DNA of 64,000 nucleotides, from assembly GCF_006345805.1 (NCBI RefSeq), contig NC_042998.1, positions 199,702,001 to 199,766,000 on the forward strand. The letters are read 5' to 3'. Below are positions 13,209-25,865 of this stretch, piece by piece (the first letter of the stretch is position 1; the number at the start of each line of letters is the position of its first letter). The DNA comes from Octopus sinensis (taxonomy: Eukaryota). The position numbers and the translations under genes are program-made. The notes beneath the pieces are model-generated. The model worked only from the letters and a program-made list of their open reading frames with translations, searched no databases and was not told where the DNA came from.

Positions 13209-13590
13209 CTAGCAGTATCGCCCGTCGTTGCTCGGGCTTGTAACGGAAATAACTATATAAGCCTTTTAGAGAGTTATAGCCAAAAAATAGCAAAAAAATG
13301 GAAAAAATGATGGAAATTGTTTTTTAAATCGTTGACTCATCGTAGACATTTTTAGAGAGTTATTTCCCTTATATAATAGCGAAAAAATGCATTAAAATGG
13401 AAAGAAATTATGGTAATTTTGTTTTAAATCGTAGACTCATCGTAGACGCGCGCTAATATCCAGAAGGGCCCCATAGGAATCACGACTATAAGATACCCGG
13501 TTTTGGTTAACCTGCACCGCAAAATGTGGGAGTAGTTAGGAATCTAAATCGTAGGAGACAGACACACAACCTCTCTTTTATATATAAAGA
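13209..13590 (-). mobile_element. Non-autonomous Helitron
   Basis: Minus strand begins A|TCTTTATATATAAAAG and ends cccg-agcaacga-cggg hairpin + cgatactgCTAG|T (A/T insertion site, no TSD). Internal ~85-98 bp tandem pair at 13264-13347 and 13350-13447. Confidence 0.85.
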
Positions 13591-15011
13591 TATATATATA
13601 TATACCTTTCTCTAAAGAACTTTACATACTTGCAGGCATAATTTTACAAAATACCAAATAAAATTCATGAAGTACACACAAATATACCAAAACCCGATTA
13701 TCACACACCCTTACATTCACATTCTCGTATTTCCTTACCAACGGATCAAAAGTATAGTGGTCTACAGATAAATATGAATTGAAATATTAACGGTAGCACA
13801 CGCTCATTCACATACACACCCCAACAGATATTTGTTTAAAACAAGAAAGCAAAATTGCTAACAAACAAACAAAAATGAAATAATTTTACTCTCAATATGA
13901 TCCCCAATACATCTTTAACACACGAAGCAATTTTGAAGCACTACTCATTAATCTACTGACAAGAGATACATCCTATAACTGTGTTACAGCTAACCATATT
14001 CAGAAATTATTTTTCTCAAAATATTCTTTACTGATGTACATCCCCGGACACGCGCAGAAAAAAATATGTCCCCTCACCAACTCACAAACCATAAATAAAT
14101 TATTAACGGACGTTTCTCTAAAAACTTACAAGCAATACATTACATTACGAAAAATAGCCTGAGCAACCTCGGATGAGGCCATTAGTCAATCAATAAGCAA
14201 CAACAAAAAGAACACCTAATGAATAAACTCATGCACTAGACCATATAGTCACCAACAGTTACAAGATATATAAATACAATATTACACACAACAGTAACAG
14301 CCAACTAAACAACTAACGAAAAGACAGAAAAAAACAAAGAACGGGATATGCATATCTATCAATAAACAACATCACTTGCCGAAACACACACACAAAAGCA
14401 CATAATAACCCATCAATTCCCAGTTGTATCAGTTCACGCCTGAAGATCACAGGGCATGAAATTAGAGTTGCGAGTCAAACATTCCGCCTGGTATTACTAT
14501 CTATATTTTGTTTATTATTCGATGCTAGATTTAGCTTGTTTGCATCAGATTTACATTCATACTTGAGCATAGTTTAAACTTTTTTGTATCAAATCCGATA
14601 TATCAACCTTATATGTAGCCATTCTTTGAATAACAGATTTTACAATTCTACTATAATTACATTATTCAAATACTTCCCAATGTCTTGAAATTGCAAAATT
14701 ATTCAACTTCAAAATTACTTTATAGTTTTGAAGATACAATACAACCGACTTAATGCATTTTTACATTTGCATTTTTACATTTTCAGAAATACTTCAATGA
14801 ATTTAGTGTCTTTACTATATTTCATCTCATACATTTTCTGTCGAGAAGACCGAAATTTGACGAATCCTGACGTAATTCTAAATTTTGTTACTAATGATAT
14901 TATATGAACTAATGTATTTGAGTATGCATAAATTCCTTCAATTATTTATAATTAAGTAATCATAGATATGCTTGCGTATGCTAAGCATGTACACATACAT
15001 ATCTGTTTGTA

Positions 15012-15220
15012 TACACGATGCGTTGCTGAAAGATTCCTGGCTTTAAGGGTGTCGGGAAAAGCCTGTTTGGTGACGCAACCGTTCGAGTTCATTTATAGAA
15101 TTTAGGAAAATCGAAGGATCGCTACAATAAGCGTGTGGATCTGAGAAAGGAATATGTTGAATAAAATCATAATCAACTTATCTTCCTGTATTTTATTTTA
15201 GTTAAAACCAGGAAATTTAT
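15012..15220 (+). mobile_element. Internally deleted mariner (MITE-sized)
   Basis: Inverted ends gattcctggctttaa / ttaaaaccaggaaat. Internal remnant of a mariner C-terminus (..DRYNKRVDL..EYVE*). Confidence 0.65.
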
Positions 15221-15256
15221 ATGTATATGTATGTGCGCGTGCTTTTGCGTGTGTTA

Positions 15257-15287
<31 letters not shown>

Positions 15288-15297
15288 CATACATACA

Positions 15298-15329
<32 letters not shown>

Positions 15330-15850
15330 AGCTGCCCCAGCAATTCATCCAGAGCCATTGTGAGTCTAAATACATAGTGACTGATGAGCAGGCCGGTGGA
15401 AAGAAAAGAGAGTGAGTATGTGTTGAACAGTTTCTGATAAACAAAGCTGTACTGCCTGACGTAAAAAAACTCTGTAGGGGCCTCACGACAGTATGGCATT
15501 CCTCACTATTCCTTACGTATATTTGCTGAAGTGTCTCTGTTTGGCAACAGTGCCTCTGCTGCCATTGAGAGGCTCACAAAGACCTGAGCCACAATCCTCA
15601 CACTTAGAATACAGAACGACCGTCTGCAAACCATAAATATTTCAAAGGTAAATATTCCAGGGAGATAGTCTGTCATTATACTTCTTGCTACAGAAAAAGA
15701 AAAATAGATGTTAATGTAACCCATAATTTCTTTGTAGGTGACATTAAGACTTATGCTAAAAATGTTAACAATACCAAACAGCAACTGAAATTAATAATAA
15801 AAATTTTCGGCCAACATAGGAATAGAATTTCGCGTTTCAGATCTATGGTT
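15330..15850 (+). mobile_element. R4/Dong RT-domain fragment preceded by (CATA)n
   Basis: HCESKYIVTDEQAGGKK..EQFLINKAVL..IFQGDSLS..THNFFVGDIKTYAKN, with deletions. (CATA)n at 15260-15326. Confidence 0.75.
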
Positions 15851-17153
15851 CTTTGTGCATTGCAATACGTGTCCCATGTGCATGTAGATGCTCAACCACA
15901 ATGAATCATTTATGAGGAAACATGTGCCACCCCCAATAGAAAATCGTCAGCCGTTTTAGAATAGAGAGCTCAAACCAAACAGATCGAAAGTGAAGATAAT
16001 TTATAAATATTGATAAGATTTTTCTAAAAATTTTACACAAAATACTCGCTGTGTATAGAAACGGATTTTATTAAATTCGTAAAAAATAAGTCATGCCACA
16101 TTTTCACAATCCCTGTGTTAAAATTATGAACGAGAAATGTTTAAAGATTTTGCGATAAACCATGATAGATTTCATTCTGCTTGTATTTCTGGAGTACTTG
16201 TGTACTTATTCTAAATCAATATATAAATAGCCAAAGTTGTGTTTTATTTACGATCAAAGTGAAGCGCATTGCAAAGAGACTTTGGTCATGTTAAGCACAT
16301 GTCAACTTTAGGTGGTCGCACAGTGTGTGCACTAAATGCACATATGCGGTTGGTGAATGTGTTTTGTGGTACACACATACTAGTGCACACCGCTATGCAT
16401 ATGAATACGAACAGAAAAGTAAAACGTAAAGTGCGATACAAAACATTAGCAAACATTTTGTCTTTTGTACAGACATATATATACGTATATGTCGGTATAG
16501 AAACATACGCATGTATATGCATCTATACGTGCATATATACGTACGCGAACATATGCACATATGCATACACTTATATGTACACATTCATGTATCATAATGC
16601 AGGCTCTCACATTTGCACACACATGCATATATTCCTCCATACACATTTGTACAACTAGTATACACAGACAGGCATATCCAGATATTCATAGACACACAAA
16701 CGTACGGACTCACACAGATACACACGCACAAATTCTTGTATTTCGTGTCATCGTGATTAGATGCTGTATGCATATGTGTGTATGTATAAGTTTGTTTATC
16801 ACGCTAGACGCTTCCGTTCCAGGAAACAGTGTAAGGTAACCCAAGTATGTTAGCGAGATTTGCTCAATTAAAAAAAAAAAAGCTTTTCTCTTCTATTGTG
16901 TCAACTCTTCCCACCTCTCTCTGAGATTAGTATCTTGTATAGTTCGTGTCTCTCAACAAATTGTTCAACAACACCACAATGTCTGTTTTCTTTGTATCAT
17001 TATATTTGACTATAAAGAATTTTTGTTACTCTTTTACATGGTGTGGTAGATTACATAAACAAATATTATATACACTTACACACAAGAAGAGTCATATGTG
17101 CACAAGTAAATTATTTCTTTGTATATATATATTATATATATATATAGATATAG

Positions 17154-17184
<31 letters not shown>

Positions 17185-17197
17185 GTATACCCATATA

Positions 17198-17600
17198 CTC
17201 TTTTACTCTTTTACTTATTTCTGTCATTTGACGGCCATGCTGGAGCACCGCCTATAATCGAGCAACTCGACCCCGGAACTTATTCTTTTTGTAAGCCCAG
17301 TACTTATTCTATCGATCTATTTTGCCGAACCGCTAAATAATGGGGACATAAACACACCAGCATCGGTTGTCAAGCAATGCTAGGGGAACAAACACAGACA
17401 CACAAACACACACACGCATATACATATATACATATATACGACGGGCTTCTTTTCAGTTTCCGTCTACCAAATCCACTCACAAGGCTTTGGTCGGCCCGAG
17501 GCTATAGTAGAAGACATTTGCCCAAGGTGTCACGCAGAGAGACTGAACCTGGAACCATGTGGTTGGTAAACAAGCTACCACACAGCCACTCCTGCGCCTA
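17198..17600 (-). mobile_element. tRNA-derived SINE family B, near full length
   Basis: Minus-strand head taggcgcaggagtggctgtg..ggttcag (A/B-box-like), central microsatellite, tail ccagcatggccg..gac.gaaa..gtaaaagagtaaaagag. Many copies in the window. Confidence 0.88.
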
Positions 17601-17609
17601 TATATTATC

Positions 17610-17645
<36 letters not shown>

Positions 17646-18069
17646 CTTAAATATTCATATATATATATAATATATTATATACTTAAATATTCATATATAT
17701 ATGAATACACACACACACACACCATATATATATATATTTTGGACAAAATGATATTTATAGGGAAAAAGATATAGACATATCCTTACAGCTGTTTCCGGGA
17801 TATTATGGATATCCCTTCATCATGGACGATGTGAGATGGTTAAATAGAGGTACATACTGGAATTCGAAATAGGGAATTATGGAAAAGGAGGAAATAAGAA
17901 ATATAGAGGAAAATAAGGGAATGAAAGTAGAAATACAATATAAAATATATAAAGATATTGTAGATGCAGTTCCATTCAGTTCAATATTTAAGGGATGAGG
18001 AATTATGTACATCATTTACATTACTTAAATTATTTACATTTGATGGATATTTGTCCTCATTTCTTGTTG

Positions 18070-18115
18070 TTACTTTTGACAATCTTTTTCTAAAAAAGTG
18101 AAACCGGTCAAGTGA
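18070..18115 (+). ncRNA. Minimal type-I hammerhead fold with U3:A8 core
   Basis: ttactt UUGACAA t cttttt-cta-aaaaag t GAAA ccgg UC aagtga. 6-bp stem I (one G-U), 6-bp stem II with a U.U mismatch at its base, palindrome ACCGGT, GUC triplet. Confidence 0.65.
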
Positions 18116-18161
18116 ATAAACATCTTTTAAAATTGCATTTTCAAACCTTCTTTCATATATA

Positions 18162-18237
<76 letters not shown>

Positions 18238-18267
18238 ATATATTATATATATATATATTATATATTA

Positions 18268-18420
18268 GGAGCTCTCCAACGGTTACAACCACAAGGTCCC
18301 AGTTGATACTATCACGGGAACAGCTTGTTCGTAAAATTAACGTGCAAGTGGCTGAGCACTCCGCAGACACATGTACTCTTAGCGTAGTTCTCAGGGAGAT
18401 TCAGCGTGACACAGCGTGTA
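18268..18420. mobile_element. Probable SINE/LINE-derived fragment
   Basis: GC-richer block (ggtcccagttgatac..gtggctgagcactcc..cagggagattcagcgtgacac) resembling a common octopod repeat. Recognised from memory only. Confidence 0.35.
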
Positions 18421-18423
18421 GGA

Positions 18424-19146
18424 TAAAATTTTTTCGGGAAAAAAATTTTATCAATGGCCAGCATATCAAAAAATTTATAAATAATTTACAAAATAAGGGC
18501 AAAAGAAAAATTCTAATGCCAAATATGCCGAAAACAAGACAAAATTGTCAATAACCATTATAATTTATGCGTCTCGAAACAAACCGATAGAAATTTCAAA
18601 AAAATCCGTTATTACCGTATTGGTCCCAATTTCGGGGTTAATTCATAAGAGTTTTCCCCTCTTCAGCGATAAATGCGTGAGATATAAGTTAAATACTTAC
18701 TCATACCCATGGGAAAAGCAAGCACTATGTCCTGGACAGACCTAAGTACCCCAAATATATCCAAAATAGAAAATCTTCGGCACATCTTGAGACACGTGTG
18801 ATTCGAACTAGAAACTTTCACAGAGTGAGAGAATCCGGAAGTGAATATAATTAAATTTATAACTAATGTACGATAAAATATTTTCGGAAAAAAAATTTTA
18901 TCAATGGCCAGCATATCAAAAAATACCTTTAAAGGTTAAATTTATAAATAATTTACAAAATGAGGGCAAAAGAAAAATTCTAATGCCAAATATGTCGAAA
19001 AAAAGACAAAATTGTCAATAACCATTATAATTTATGCGTCTCGAAACAAACCGATACAAATTTCTAAAAAATCCGTTATTACCGTATTGGTCCCAATTTC
19101 GGGGTTAATTCATAAGAATTTTGTCCTCTTCGGCGATAAATACGTA
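18424..19146. repeat. Direct repeat pair (~255-270 bp): 18424-18678 and 18874-19146
   Basis: Near-identical text ttttatcaatggccagcatatc...ggtcccaatttcggggttaattcataag. The second copy has a 17-bp insertion. Confidence 0.92.
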
Positions 19147-19244
19147 AATTATGTAAATTATTTATAAAGTTAACCTTAAATTGTTCTCTATTTTTGTATG
19201 AACAAATATTTTTTAATTAAAAGTCCTTGTATAGTAATTGTTTC

Positions 19245-19281
19245 TTTGTAACGATTAGCAGAAGCGAAACCGGTGGACAAA
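19245..19281 (+). ncRNA. Decayed A3:U8 hammerhead copy
   Basis: tttgta ACGAUUA gc-agaa-gc GAAA ccgg UG gacaaa. Lesions at U4, H17 and the first stem I pair. Confidence 0.5.
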
Positions 19282-19421
19282 CACATTATAATATATATTG
19301 AAAATATATTAAAGCAATGTAAAGTGTGTGTGCATTTTCCTTCTTTTATTTTATATATACATTTTTTGCACTACAACACGCCCCGTGCGGATAGGCGACA
19401 TTCCTCCTGTTTTATTAGCAT

Positions 19422-19634
19422 ATACTTTTACTTGATGCAATGATTTTACTGCGGCCATGCTGGAGCACCGACTTTAGTCGAACAAATCAACCCTAAGACT
19501 TATTCTTTATAAGCCTAGTACATAGTCTATCAGTTTCTTCTGCTGAACTGCTCAGTTACGGGGTGGTAATGACACCAACATCGGTTGTCAATCGATGTTA
19601 GGAGATACCCTCAGACACACAGTCATATATACAT

Positions 19635-19671
<37 letters not shown>

Positions 19672-20155
19672 CGATGGACTTCTTTCAGTTTCCGTTGACC
19701 ACATCCACTCACAAGGCTTCGTTTGGCCTGAGCTTATAGCAGAGTACATCTGCCCAAGGTGCCACGCAGTGGGACTGAACCAGGGACCAAATGTTTGGGA
19801 AACAAACTTCTTACTACACAGCCACACCTACGCTACATATATATATATATACGATGGACTTCTTTCAGTTTCCGTTGACCACATCCACTCACAAGGCTTC
19901 GTTTGGCCTGAGCTTATAGCAGAGTACATCTGCCCAAGGTGCCACGCAGTGGGACTGAACCAGGGACCAAATGTTTGGGAAGCAAACTTCTTACCACACA
20001 GCCACACCTACGCTACATATATATATATATATATGACAAGCTTCTTTCAGTTTCCGTCTATCAAATTCACTCGTAAGCTTGTGGTCGACCTGAGATTATA
20101 GTAACAGACACACTCCCAATGTGCTACGCTGTGGGACTGACTCCTGAACAATGAA
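19422..20155 (-). mobile_element. SINE family B with tandemly duplicated head plus a third diverged head
   Basis: 180-bp units at 19671-19850 and 19851-20030 differ at about 2 positions. Older head at ~20033-20150. Confidence 0.85.
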
Positions 20156-20233
20156 AACAAAATAACCCTCAAATAACGGACATTTATCGACAAATGCATT
20201 CTTGAGAACTGATTTCACCTTTCTGTAAGAGCG

Positions 20234-20249
<16 letters not shown>

Positions 20250-20266
<17 letters not shown>

Positions 20267-22075
20267 AAAGTAAAAGAGGAAAATACGCACACTTACATAC
20301 TTTTGATATATTTTTTAATATATCGACCGGTTCTGCTATCGCTATTCATGATATTGTGTTTTACTTATTTGAATATATATTTTTTCTTTAGAAGAAATTT
20401 GGTCCATGTTGTGTGTGATGAAATTCACGAGTGAATGACTTCACAAGTAGATAAATAAAGGGTGGTAATTCTTTGTCGTTATCATTGTTATTGCTGTGGG
20501 TAAGGGAGATAACTGGTCAACTTTCGGTAATGGGTGGGGATTATATATGTGTACAGACAGAGACAAGTTTCAAAAACCTTGTTTAGTAAGGGATTTATGT
20601 ACAGTGATGTAATCGTAAATTGAAATATGTAAAAAGATAAAAGTTGGTTATGCGTGCATATTAAGACGTGTTTTGTAATTTTCAATGTAAAAACTTTCTT
20701 TATTTTAACGTTCTAGTTGAGAGATTGCGTCTTTGCACTAGTAGAAAGGGAGGACTGAGAAATTTGGTTTGATGTTACCTCCACATTTGTCTATATTTTC
20801 ACTGAGAGGAATTTGTCTGTGTTGCGGGAAGCGGATTTGCTCTTTATGTAGAGTGGTTCTCTTTCTTAAGGTCATACTCGTTTGTCCAATATAGTGGTGT
20901 CCCTAACCCGAGCAGGTTATGACATACATTAGGTTCTCTGTGGCACAAGTGAAACTAGTTTTAATTGTGAACCTCTGACCTTGTTTGAAAAGGAAATCCG
21001 AGCCATCAATCAGGTTGGGGCAGGTTCCACAGTTTGGGCATCCACATTAATCAACCGTTGGTTTCGTGGTTGTTTTGTAAAACTTCGTATTTGTTAGTAG
21101 TTTCTTTAGCGATTTGTCTTTCTTTTTTGCATTTGATGAGTTTGTGTGTTTTCAGGATGTCGTTCATTTTTGGGTCTCTAGTTACTATAATAAGAGTTTG
21201 CACAATAGTGTTGAATGCTTTACTCTTTCTGGGGTTGTGTGTTTATATAAATATTAATGCTTTGAGTTGAGGTGTGGTGTTATGTTTTGTTGTTCTTAGT
21301 GTTTTTTGTGTTTAATTGTTAGGCACGCTTAATTCCCTCGTCGTTATGTGAGGGTGGATATTGTCTTTCAATAAGTGTTGTTTTGAGGTCTTGAAGACGA
21401 AGGTCCCGAGTTGTTCTATCAGACACTATTGTGCAGATCCCTTTTGCTAAATTGAAAGGGATATTTAATTTTATGTGTTTCGGGTGGCATGAGTTAAAGA
21501 GAAGACATGTTTTGAATCAGTTGGTTTATAATAAATGTCAGTTATGATTTCAGTGTTAACTTTTTTATCATGATGTCTAAAACTTTGAGTTGTTCTTTGT
21601 TATATTCCGTTGTGAATTGAATGTTACTATTTATGTAATTTAGTGTTGCTTTGAAATCCAAAAGTTTGTCGATGTTCTCCTTCCAGATGAAAAAGCAGTC
21701 ATCTAGGTATCTCTTCCAATTTTCTCTTATGTAGAGGTAAAATGAGTAACCATATTTCTGAAGTGATACTTCATATAAGGTGAGTTCAAAATAACCCATT
21801 ATTAGGTTCGCAAGATCAGGAGCTGCTTTCGTTCGCATCGCAATTCCGCATTTCTGACGATAGTATTTGCCATCAAATAGGAAATAATTGTTCTGAAGTA
21901 TAAATTTTAAGGATTCAGTAATAAAGATCTGATTTATGCGTTCCGGGAGGACTTCGGGGTACGTTTCGAACCAGAATTTAATTGCATTTATTCCATAGTC
22001 ATGTGGAATGTTGGTGTAAAGATTGATAACATCGAGGGTAACCAATATTGCCTCTTCATTAATTGTTTTTGGTAG
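20250..22075 (-). mobile_element. Penelope-like element (RT + GIY-YIG + 3' repeat), 5'-truncated, decayed
   Basis: RT: [41 protein letters not shown] (21542-22045). Then YKPTDSK..SCHPKHIKLNIPF, and GIY-YIG LMYVITCSG*GHHYIGQTSMTLRKRTTLH (~20850-20960). Stops and frameshifts present. Confidence 0.92.
20320..20354 (-). ncRNA. A3:U8 hammerhead fold in the PLE 3' repeat (GAAA read as AGAA)
   Basis: Minus strand: atatc AUGAAUA gc-gata-gc agaa ccgg UC gatat. Sense to, and downstream of, the PLE ORF. Confidence 0.6.
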
Positions 22076-23456
22076 GTGTTATATATGCATGTATATATAT
22101 ATATATATATATATATATGCATGTATATATATATGCATGTATATATATATGCATGTATATATATGCATGCATATATATATGCATGTATGTATATATGCAT
22201 GCATGTATATATGCATGTATGTATATATGCATGCTTGTATATATGCATGTATGTATATATGCATATATATGCATATATGTATGCTCACACACATATTGCA
22301 TGTTATTAGTTTTTTAAGAAACGTCAGATTATAGTCCCGGTCTTGGTATTACGAGAATAATTGTACTTTATTACGATTCTTAGGTATTGTCAGTCATGTG
22401 TGTTGCTCAGAAGAGAAACAATTTTCTTTCTTTATTCACAGAGGGATTATTAGCTTATAGTTGATTATAGGGTGTGCAAACCAGGATTCTGACAACAATC
22501 TGCATAATTTTGCGTGCGATGTCAATGTGGATTAATTAATTATATCACAAGGAAAGAGTTTCTGCTAATTAGTGACATAAAACATTAAAATGCAGTCAAT
22601 TTTAATATCGTATTTAAATATTAACAATGTGAATGTATCACTTATTTTAATCTTTCAATTCATTTTCCTTCGAATACCTGGTCATTTGTTCCCTTATAAA
22701 TATCCTACGTTATTATAAGCCGGTCAGAGCGACCCTATTTTTATACAAAAACAATGAATCGGCGACATAAAACAATGTTGCATCCTTACGAAATTACTAC
22801 ATATATTTATGCCAACTGAATTTGATACCATTCATAACCAGAGATATGTTCTTTACTGCATGCATATACGTATACGTTGCCAGTGCCCACTGGACGATAA
22901 GTTCTCACTATACGTCACCATCTTTCGTATTAAAACTGTCTTTTTTAACATAAAATCTCTACAGATGTGTAGGTTTTATGGATCAAAAGAAGTAAAACAA
23001 AGGTGAGATACCCGCTTGATAAACACAGTTTCTATCTATTCATAGTTAGTCGGTCGAATATTTTGATTTGTGATTGGTGAGCAACGACCATTGTGATGTG
23101 TAACAAAGTGTAATCATGTAGGCCATTTCTCACAACAAAACTCATGGCGTCATCACAGTTATCATTGAAAACTGTATTAATTTGGCCCCTCAGATACATT
23201 TATAAATCGTATTTAAACTCTCGCTGCTTAAACAATATCCAGATTTCGCCTAATCTTTTGAAATCATGAATACGTACTTCTACACTGTACTAAAATTATT
23301 TATTCAACATTCCATAATTTTCTTCTGATATGTCAGCATAATTTTAACAGATTTAGCATTCTATTATTCTTTAACTCTACTTTCGTCCTAGGAATTATGG
23401 GACTCATTATTTAATTGGCACCCAGAATTAGTTTCATGTTCACAGAAATGTTCAAG

Positions 23457-23690
23457 AAGGCGGCGAGCTGGCAGAAACGTTAGCACGCCGGGCGAAATGC
23501 TTTGCGGTATTTCGTCTGTCTTTATGTTCTGAGTTCAAATTCCGCCGAGATCAACTTTGCGTTTCATTCTTTCGGGGTCGATAAATTAAGTACCAGTTAC
23601 GCACTGGGGTCGATGTAATCGACTTAATCCGTTTGTCTGTCCTTGTTTGTCCCCTCTATGTTTAGTCCCCTGTGGGCTATAAAGAAATAA
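23457..23690 (+). mobile_element. tRNA-derived SINE family A, full length
   Basis: ggcggcgagctggcagaaacgttagc..gagttcaaattcc (B box)..ctttcggggtcgataaattaagtacc..aaagaaata. Imperfect TSD aatgttcaagaag/aatattcaggaag. Confidence 0.9.
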
Positions 23691-24149
23691 TGAATATTCA
23701 GGAAGTTAAAGTAACTAAATTCTACAATAATTCCAAATAGATTTCATTTTAAAACACTTTTTTTTCATTTTAGAAGATTATTTAGTTAGAATAGACTCAT
23801 CATTTTGCTGTTAGAATGCCTCCTTTTATTGACATAGACAGTAAATCGTTTTAATACATATTTTATTGCTCTATATGCCATCAGCGTCTTTTACACATAA
23901 GAGACAGATATAAATCTGCATAACATTTGAATATGTATAACTTTTCATCTCATTAATAAAATCATTGATAAACTTATTAACAGTATCTGATATATTCAGA
24001 ATTTCGATCTTTGTCAATTTCCGTCATTTACTATAACACATTCAATAGTTAAACCTGAAAATAGTTAAAATTAGAAACCTAGTCACAGTCTTAAGTACAA
24101 GAATCTAACTATTTGGAGATAGAAAGATGTTCAACAGGGCCAGCGAGGT

Positions 24150-24870
24150 GTGGATTCAGTCATAAGTTAGTATACATTTAGGATACCCAACCTACGCCGC
24201 CCCCTACCAAGCAGAGAAGAGCTAGAAAGAGAAACATAACTTGGTTCAATCCACCATTTAACCTAAAAGTTTCAACCGGTATAGCTAGAAACTCCTGGAC
24301 GTTAAAAAGAAAGAAACGTTTCTCTAGAGCCCATTATGTATTATAAACGTTTACAACTCGCACAACATCAATCAAGTTCACTTACTCCTGCTTAGATAAT
24401 GTACATTGCAACAGACACTGACACAATCATACACAAGCTCCAATACATACTCCAACATGTAACCCTCCGATATGCTATCCGCCGTCCACTGGGAAGAACC
24501 TACCTCTCAAGGGCTGTGCTCTATAGAATCATCATCGCACCAGCCAGAGGCATTACGAGACACAACACGGGCATGGCATCCAATGATTTCAAGGGGAAGC
24601 ATACACAGCATATTCACACGCCTTCAGGAACAATGATATGGAAAACTCCACCTTCATGTCTTGCTATATCTGGAGGCTCCGTAAACATTAGAATGTTTTC
24701 TCCAACGCCGAATGGAGTATAATGGACACAGCTCCATATTCGCAATTGGAAACTTTACTCTCGCGTGAGATTATACATACTTAACTAACCAACATGAAGT
24801 TTCCATTAATAGGAAGAATGAACTGTGTTATTCTTGCAAGTTACGCACTCTTAAAGAACTTCAAACCCTG
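24150..24870 (+). mobile_element. Penelope-like element C-terminal fragment (second PLE lineage)
   Basis: RARKRNITWFNPPFNLKVST..YSCLDN, a decayed GIY-YIG PLGRTYLSRAVLYR..TGMASNDFK, and terminal LNRKNEL.YSCK. Confidence 0.75.
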
Positions 24871-25367
24871 GCAGCTGACAATCCAAATATACCTGCTTTA
24901 GCCTGCCTGTTCCATACACACGGATATGGTACTTAACACTTTTCTCCCACCAAATCTGGTTTCTCCCACGAAGAGTCTGTTGTTGCTATAGTGTTTGTTC
25001 TCTGCTAATCGGTGATAACTTCGCCTTCCTATGTGTAGCAGGAAATAAAATGAATTAACGTCTTTAAATATATTATAACATAGCCTCCAGGCATGGCGAT
25101 GACAGCTACCTATCGATATCCTGTTTCTCCACGTCGGTCTAAGAAGAACGTAAATAATTGATATCGTTTCCAGACCAAGAAGTCATGATCTGATTTGACC
25201 AATAGAGGCCTAACATCTTGAAGCCATTTTGAATTTATCTCATATCCTCTTACGTTTAAGACATGTTCTATGAGCCCACGGAGCTACGGTGCGAGAAACT
25301 GAGTCAAACTGTTTCTAGTAACACACACACATGCATAAACTTACTGCCGTGCATTCGCACACATGCA

Positions 25368-25405
<38 letters not shown>

Positions 25406-25703
25406 TCATGTCTGGATTCTCTGACGTGGTTTCTTTTTAAAGACATGATACATTCCTCTGTGCATCATTACAATTTTCCAGGTGTTCAGTGGGCTGATTG
25501 AAGTGAGTCATATTCTTTGCTTTTGACTGAGCTTTCGTTACTAATTGCTTGGATAATCTCAGAAGATGCCTTTAAATTCATTTGATTTTCTATGAGAAAG
25601 CACACCTTGCATTCGCTTTGGGACATTTTCACTCCGCTCTATAATTAATTAGCAAAATTTGTTTTAAATTTTGCGAAGGAAAAATTCAGTTACAAAAATT
25701 CAG

Positions 25704-25836
25704 CCCCAGTGCTCAGCTGGTATCATTTATGGACTCCGAAAGGATGAAACGCAAAGTCAACCTCGGCAGCGTTTAAACTCAGAATGCCGCTAAGCATTTT
25801 GTCCGGCGCGCTAACGATTATCCCAGACCGCCATCT
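25704..25836 (-). mobile_element. SINE family A, partial
   Basis: ccgaaaggatgaaacgcaaagtcaacctcgg..gcgcgctaacg matches the reverse complement of family A. Confidence 0.75.
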
Positions 25837-25865
25837 TATAGTAATTATCAATATTAACATACCCT

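Noticed and set aside
13650-14430. A/C-rich block as a PLE ORF remnant
   Set aside because: The compositional bias is suggestive, but no diagnostic RT or GIY-YIG motif was recovered.
14435-14495. Hammerhead at ctgaaga..gtcaaac
   Set aside because: G12 is missing and stems I and II do not close.
25190-25225. Hammerhead downstream of the + strand PLE fragment
   Set aside because: Both core boxes are degenerate (ctgattt, cctaac).
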